DNA of 64,000 nucleotides from Candidatus Omnitrophota bacterium (GTDB lineage Bacteria; Omnitrophota; Gorgyraeia; Pluralincolimonadales; Pluralincolimonadaceae): NCBI GenBank assembly GCA_041653595.1, contig JBAZFB010000002.1, positions 68,579 to 132,578 of the forward strand, read 5' to 3'. Shown piece by piece: positions 59,260 to 64,000 of this stretch (position 1 is its first letter; each line of letters starts with the position of its first letter). The notes under the pieces were generated by a model. It saw only the letters and a program-made list of their open reading frames with translations, ran no database searches and was not told where the DNA came from. The position numbers and the translations under genes were made by a program.

Positions 59260-61443
59260 TTATTCCTTGCCGTTAGGGTACTGGACCCTGGTGTGGTATA
59301 CGCCTGTCAGGACCTTAGTGAAGGTGACCGCTATTATATTCAGGTCCTTTAAGGTAAGGTCGCATTCGTCCAGCTGGCCGTCGATGAATTTATTGTTTAT
59401 TATCCGGCGGACAAGTTCCTCGAGGTTCGCCGGGGTCGGGTTATGCAGGGTGCGCGACGCGGCCTCTACCGAGTCCGCCAAATGGACTATCGCGGTCTCC
59501 TTGGTCTGGGGTTTCGGGCCGGGATAGCGGAACCCCTCTTCCTCAAGCTTATTGAGGTCCTCAACCGATTCCAAAGCCCTCTGGTAGAAATAATATATGA
59601 GCCCGGTCCCGTGATGCTGCTCGATGAAATCCATCAGGGCGCTGTTCAGGCCGGCCTTCTTCGCTTTTTCGAGGCCGTCTTTCACGTGGTTTATTATTAT
59701 GAGGCTCGACATCGTCGGCGCAAGCTTGTCGTGCTGGCTTTCGGTCATGGGCTGGTTCTCGGCGAAATATTCGGACTTCTCCACTTTTCCGATATCGTGG
59801 TAGTAAGACCCGACCCTTGCCAGGAGCCCGTTCGCGCCTATCGCGTCGCAGGCCGACTCGGCGAGGTTTCCCACTATCAGGCTGTGGTGGTAGGTGCCCG
59901 GCGCCTTGAGTATCAGTTCCTTTAGCAGCGGATTATTCGGGTCGGCCAATTCGAGCAGGGAGATGTTCGTCGTTATCTTGAATAGCGATTCGAATATATG
60001 GAGTGTGCCCACGATGATTATCCCGACCGCGATGCCGTTCATCAGGAACATGGACGCGTCCTTGAATATTACGCTGCTTTCGAGGTTATTAAGTATGCCG
60101 AGGCCGATGACGCAGACGGCGTTAGTGACGCCGACGACCATGCCCGCCTTGAAGAGCTCGGATCTTTTCCTTACCGCCCTAACCGTGTATATGCCTACCA
60201 CGCTGCCGGCGATGAATACCAGCGTCGAATCGAACCTTTCGCCGGCCACCAACCCGGCGAGGATGCTCAATACCATGGCGATGATTATGGCCGGCCTCAC
60301 GCCCAACAAAAGGCCGATCAATATCGGCACTATCGCTACCGGCACGAAATACGCGGGGCCGTTCGAAAGGGAGATGGCCTTGCCTATCGCCGTGATCACT
60401 ACGGCCATGGCCGCCATAAGTACGAGATGCCTGTTGTTTGAGTAAATCGAGGGTTCGTAATATTTTAAATAAAGTCCTGTTATGATGACAAGTATGATCA
60501 CGATGAAAAAGATGCCCAGTATCGACAGCGCGAACCTTTGTTCGGATACCGAGGCCGCGCGCAGGGCCTCGAATTTCGCGAGATGGAACGGCGTTATCCT
60601 CTCTCCCCTGTTGGCTATCAGCTCGCCCTGGACGATATCTATGGATTTCTCCTGGGCAGGCACACCAATTATAGCTTCCTCGCGCCGGCTGGAGGTTTCG
60701 ACCGCATTCGATTTTAGATTGGCGGATACGGTTGCCGAGACGATATCCCTCATAGCGGATTTAAGTTTATTGTCGGACAGGGTTGAGTCGGCGAATAAAG
60801 GCTGTGAGGGATTCTGGAAGTCGGAGGCGGCCTTAAGGTTCTTGACTTCGGCGCCATATTCTGTTTTTCCGGAAATGTTCCTGACCGTTATGGAGGGCTT
60901 GTCCTGTTTTTTCAGGTTTTCTTTATCTTCGGCCGGGATGACGCCCTGCGAAAAGATAACCTCCATCTGGCCAAGGATAGGCGCCTCCGCCTTTTCGGAT
61001 TCCGGGGAAGCCAGCAGCGCTTTGAAGTCGTTATCGGAAAGTTCGATCTTGCTTGCGGACCTGAGTTTTGCGATCCGGTCCTCAAGTCCTGTATCGCCCG
61101 CCGCTTTCAGTTCTTTGAGCGCGGAGAAGAGGGCCCTGATATTTTGCGCGGACTTATCGTATACGGCCGGGTCGATGTCGTAAACATCTCTTATGGAGAG
61201 CGCCGCCTCGTTTTTAAGCCTCGCGGTCTTTTCCGCGTCTAATCCGGCATTGAACGAGAAAGCGACCGGGGCGTATATATTCCTGTCCGCGACCTTGCCT
61301 ACCTGCGGCTGGCCGCCGTAAGGGGTCTTGCCTATGTATATGACCGATACGAGCGCCACACAGGTCATGGCGGCAATAAGCCACCTCACCGTTATCTCCC
61401 GCGGCATAGGTTCAGGTCTTTTGAATATATCCATGCGCTGCAC
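59260..61443 (-). CDS. pgpH: 7TM receptor with intracellular HD hydrolase (PgpH/YqfF-like)
   Basis: Extracellular N-terminal domain, 7 TM helices, C-terminal HD 'YHHSLIVGNLAE..HDIGK'. Sits in the phoH–pgpH–ybeY–dgkA arrangement. Confidence 0.8.
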   Translation of the reverse strand: MQRMDIFKRPEPMPREITVRWLIAAMTCVALVSVIYIGKTPYGGQPQVGKVADRNIYAPVAFSFNAGLDAEKTARLKNEAALSIRDVYDIDPAVYDKSAQNIRALFSALKELKAAGDTGLEDRIAKLRSASKIELSDNDFKALLASPESEKAEAPILGQMEVIFSQGVIPAEDKENLKKQDKPSITVRNISGKTEYGAEVKNLKAASDFQNPSQPLFADSTLSDNKLKSAMRDIVSATVSANLKSNAVETSSRREEAIIGVPAQEKSIDIVQGELIANRGERITPFHLAKFEALRAASVSEQRFALSILGIFFIVIILVIITGLYLKYYEPSIYSNNRHLVLMAAMAVVITAIGKAISLSNGPAYFVPVAIVPILIGLLLGVRPAIIIAMVLSILAGLVAGERFDSTLVFIAGSVVGIYTVRAVRKRSELFKAGMVVGVTNAVCVIGLGILNNLESSVIFKDASMFLMNGIAVGIIIVGTLHIFESLFKITTNISLLELADPNNPLLKELILKAPGTYHHSLIVGNLAESACDAIGANGLLARVGSYYHDIGKVEKSEYFAENQPMTESQHDKLAPTMSSLIIINHVKDGLEKAKKAGLNSALMDFIEQHHGTGLIYYFYQRALESVEDLNKLEEEGFRYPGPKPQTKETAIVHLADSVEAASRTLHNPTPANLEELVRRIINNKFIDGQLDECDLTLKDLNIIAVTFTKVLTGVYHTRVQYPNGKE

Positions 61444-61444
61444 C

Positions 61445-62395
61445 TTATTTGACGTTATATTTCTCGTACGCCTTTATGATGTCCTGCACCAGTTCGTGGC
61501 GGACGACATCGTCGCCTGTAAAATATGTGAACTTTATTCCCTCGATCTCTTTCAGGACTTCCTGCGCCTGCAGAAGGCCGACCGCCTTCCCTCCGGGCAG
61601 GTCGCTCTGCGTGAGGTCGCCGGTTATTACCGTCTTCGAATCGAAACCGAGCCTTGTCAGGAACATCTTCATCTGTTCGGCGGTCGCATTCTGCGCCTCA
61701 TCGAGGATCACGAAAGAGTCGTTGAGGGTCCGGCCGCGCATGAACGCGAGCGGGGCCACCTCTATCACTCCTCTTCCCAGGAAACGCTCTACCTTGTCGA
61801 GGTCCATCATCTCGTAAAGCGCATCATATAAGGGACGGAGGTACGGAGACACCTTCTCTTCTATATCGCCCGGGAGGAAACCGAGGCTTTCCCCGGCCTC
61901 TACCGCGGGCCTGGTCAGGACTATGCGGCTTACGTGGCCGAGCTTTAACGCGTTGATAGCCATGGCCATCGCCAGGTATGTCTTGCCGGTGCCTGCAGGC
62001 CCGATCCCGAAGACGATGTCGAATTGCCTTATCGCGTCGACATAATTCTTCTGGCCGGCCGTCTTCGGGGTCACGAATTGCTTTTTCGACATTATCTCTA
62101 TCTTGTCGAGATAGATGGAGTGGAGGTCGAGGATCGTGTTGTCGCGTAGCGCCTTTACCGCGTAAAGGATCTCATGCTGGTGGATAGGCCGGCCCATCCT
62201 GATTATGTCCAGGAGTTGTCCGAACAGCCTCGAGGCCTTCTCGACGTTCCTGCCCTCGCCGCCTATGGTAAGGTTCTCGCCCCGGGCGGTGATCTTAACC
62301 TCGAATTCCCCTTCGATCGCCTTGAGGTTTTCGTCATGCCGGCCGAAAAGGACGCGGGCCTCCTCGTCGCTTAAAAGCTTAAAGGTCTTGTCCAT
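61445..62395 (-). CDS. phoH: PhoH-like ATPase
   Basis: Walker A 'GPAGTGKTYLA', 'ILDEAQN'. Confidence 0.9.
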   Translation of the reverse strand: MDKTFKLLSDEEARVLFGRHDENLKAIEGEFEVKITARGENLTIGGEGRNVEKASRLFGQLLDIIRMGRPIHQHEILYAVKALRDNTILDLHSIYLDKIEIMSKKQFVTPKTAGQKNYVDAIRQFDIVFGIGPAGTGKTYLAMAMAINALKLGHVSRIVLTRPAVEAGESLGFLPGDIEEKVSPYLRPLYDALYEMMDLDKVERFLGRGVIEVAPLAFMRGRTLNDSFVILDEAQNATAEQMKMFLTRLGFDSKTVITGDLTQSDLPGGKAVGLLQAQEVLKEIEGIKFTYFTGDDVVRHELVQDIIKAYEKYNVK

Positions 62396-62401
62396 ATGCC
62401 C

Positions 62402-62944
62402 TTATTTTGTATATTCGTTCCCTTCTGTTTCCGCGCCGGCGTTTGTCTTTGGGACTTTGATCGTCATGCCGGGACGGATCTTATCAGGTGACTTGAGGAC
62501 GTCTTTGTTGATGTCGTAAAGCTTCTTCCACTTCTTGGTAGTCCCGTATAGCTTCTGCGATATCTTCTGCAGCGTCTCGCCCTTCTGGACCTTATAGTTG
62601 ACCAGTTCTTCTTTCTTCTCTATCGAGGTGATAGGCCGTTCATCGGACTCTGTCCCGAAATTCGTTGTGGGTTCCGGAGCCGTCGCGGATGTTTCCATTG
62701 CTTTTTTCGGCACCCTGTTTTCTCTCTCTATCGCCGGCGCCTCTACCTGGACTTCTATATAGGTCTTTGTGGGTTTCCTTTCGCCTACAGCAGGCGCGGT
62801 TCCCATCAGATATCCCTGGTTACCCGCTGAACTTGACAGTTCCTGGTCGACCCTCTCCCTCGTAACCATCTTTGTCGTGACCGAGCATCCGGTCAACGCC
62901 GTGATTATGACCGCCAAAGCCAAAAACACAAATAACTTCTTCAT
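62402..62944 (-). CDS. lipoprotein with C-terminal LysM domain
   Basis: Lipobox 'LTGCS'. LysM 'YKVQKGETLQKISQKLYGTTKKWKKLYDINK..IRPGMTIKVP'. Confidence 0.7.
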   Translation of the reverse strand: MKKLFVFLALAVIITALTGCSVTTKMVTRERVDQELSSSAGNQGYLMGTAPAVGERKPTKTYIEVQVEAPAIERENRVPKKAMETSATAPEPTTNFGTESDERPITSIEKKEELVNYKVQKGETLQKISQKLYGTTKKWKKLYDINKDVLKSPDKIRPGMTIKVPKTNAGAETEGNEYTK

Positions 62945-62956
62945 TCCCCTCCTCCT

Positions 62957-64000
62957 TTATTTTTTGAGGTTTAATCCCAGTTCTTTTAATTGTTTTTCCG
63001 ATACGTCTGAAGGCGCGCCGGTCATGAAACAGACCGCCTTCTGTGTCTTCGGGAACGCTATTACATCCCTTATGCTTTCAGAGCCGGTCATCATGGCTAT
63101 CAGCCTGTCGAGGCCGGGAGCTATGCCGCCGTGGGGCGGTGCGCCGTATGAAAAGGCATCGAGAAGGAAACCAAACCTTGCCTTTATCTCCTCTTCGCTA
63201 AGGCCTATCGCCTTGAATATCTTCAACTGGGTCTCCCTGTTGTGTATCCTTATCGAGCCCGAGCTTATCTCGGTGCCGTTCAATACCAAGTCATACGCCT
63301 TAGCCCTGACTTTTTCCGGATGAGTATCGATGAGCCCGATGTCCTCATCATACGGCGCCGTGAAAGGATGGTGTTCCGCTTCCCATCGCTTCTCCTCGTC
63401 GTTATATTTAAACCACGGGAATTCCACGACCCAGAGGAAATCGAATTTATTTTTATCTATCAGGCCGTATTTTTCCGCGAGCGCCACCCTGAGGTGAGCG
63501 AGGACGTCATTTACGGTCTCCTTCTTGTCGGCGACAGCCAGGATCAGATCGCCTTTCGCGGCGTCCATTTTCTTTAACATCGCCTTCACGCGCCCCTCAT
63601 CGAAAAATTTCGCGATCGGGCAATCTACGGCGCCGTCGCCTGCCTTGAAATATGCGAGCCCCTTCGCCCCGAGCTTAATAGCCAGCTCTGTAAGCCCGTC
63701 TATCTCGCTCCTTGAGATGTCCGCCTTGCCTTTTAAATTCAACGCCTTTATTATCCCGCCTCCGGCGATGACTTTTTCAAAGGTCTGGAATTGGCCGCCC
63801 TTTAATGTATCCGTGAGGTCCGAGAGTTCCATGCCGAACCTGGTATCCGGCTTATCGGTGCCGAACCTCTCTATCGACTCGCTGTGCTTTATCCTCGGGA
63901 ACGGCGTCTTTAGCTCTACGCCTATCCCTTCTTTGAATATGGCCTTTATCAGCCGTTCGGTCAGGCCGAGGATGTCATCGACATCCACAAAAGACATCTC
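62957..64000 (-). CDS. aspS: aspartate--tRNA ligase, C-terminal part (gene continues beyond window)
   Basis: Class II motif 3 'GGIAPGLDRLIAMMTG', GAD insertion domain. Frame open to the window end. Confidence 0.85.
   Translation of the reverse strand, partial: EMSFVDVDDILGLTERLIKAIFKEGIGVELKTPFPRIKHSESIERFGTDKPDTRFGMELSDLTDTLKGGQFQTFEKVIAGGGIIKALNLKGKADISRSEIDGLTELAIKLGAKGLAYFKAGDGAVDCPIAKFFDEGRVKAMLKKMDAAKGDLILAVADKKETVNDVLAHLRVALAEKYGLIDKNKFDFLWVVEFPWFKYNDEEKRWEAEHHPFTAPYDEDIGLIDTHPEKVRAKAYDLVLNGTEISSGSIRIHNRETQLKIFKAIGLSEEEIKARFGFLLDAFSYGAPPHGGIAPGLDRLIAMMTGSESIRDVIAFPKTQKAVCFMTGAPSDVSEKQLKELGLNLKK

Overview
This is a 64-kb chromosomal window from a roughly 55% GC bacterium. Its content suggests a Gram-negative, c-di-GMP-rich organism, with T2SS GspA/GspB, PEP-CTERM proteins, an autotransporter, OMP beta-barrels and many PilZ proteins.

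Layout: from 1 to about 40.9 kb almost all genes are on the + strand; from 41.3 kb to the end they are on the − strand.

Recognisable housekeeping genes include dgt-like HD hydrolase, aroB, rnc, cspA, plsC, metY-metX-metW, trxB, tpx, lexA-dinB, GH57, ppdK, glyQS, recO, ybeY, pgpH (7TM-HD), phoH, aspS and a tRNA-Arg(CCT).

The most unusual region is a sharply AT-rich island at about 34.2–38.1 kb, inserted between a CPBP protease gene and lexA. It encodes a 776-aa STAND/NACHT-like P-loop NTPase with a C-terminal pentapeptide-repeat block, followed by a three-gene overlapping module: a 186-aa protein of unknown fold (possible H-G-T ADP-ribosyltransferase-like toxin), a 106-aa protein, and a clear SecB-like chaperone. 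That arrangement matches a toxin–antitoxin–chaperone (TAC) tripartite system with an apparently new toxin, sitting next to a candidate antiphage NTPase.

Other notable items:
- A 31-bp palindromic element is present both 20 bp upstream of dinB and in-frame inside dinB.
- A dispersed GGGGACGTGTCA…GGGAC motif family lies close to the starts of several genes.
- A perfect CCACACAAATGTGTGG palindrome sits between the −35 and −10 of lexA and is a candidate LexA box.
- Three PilZ genes lie in tandem, a fourth lies distally, and there is a PAS-GGDEF-HD-GYP protein.
- A frameshifted REC-GGDEF-MshEN-like gene, a structured leader RNA with its own promoter and terminator upstream of a sugar-phosphate isomerase gene, and a terminator-containing leader upstream of metY.
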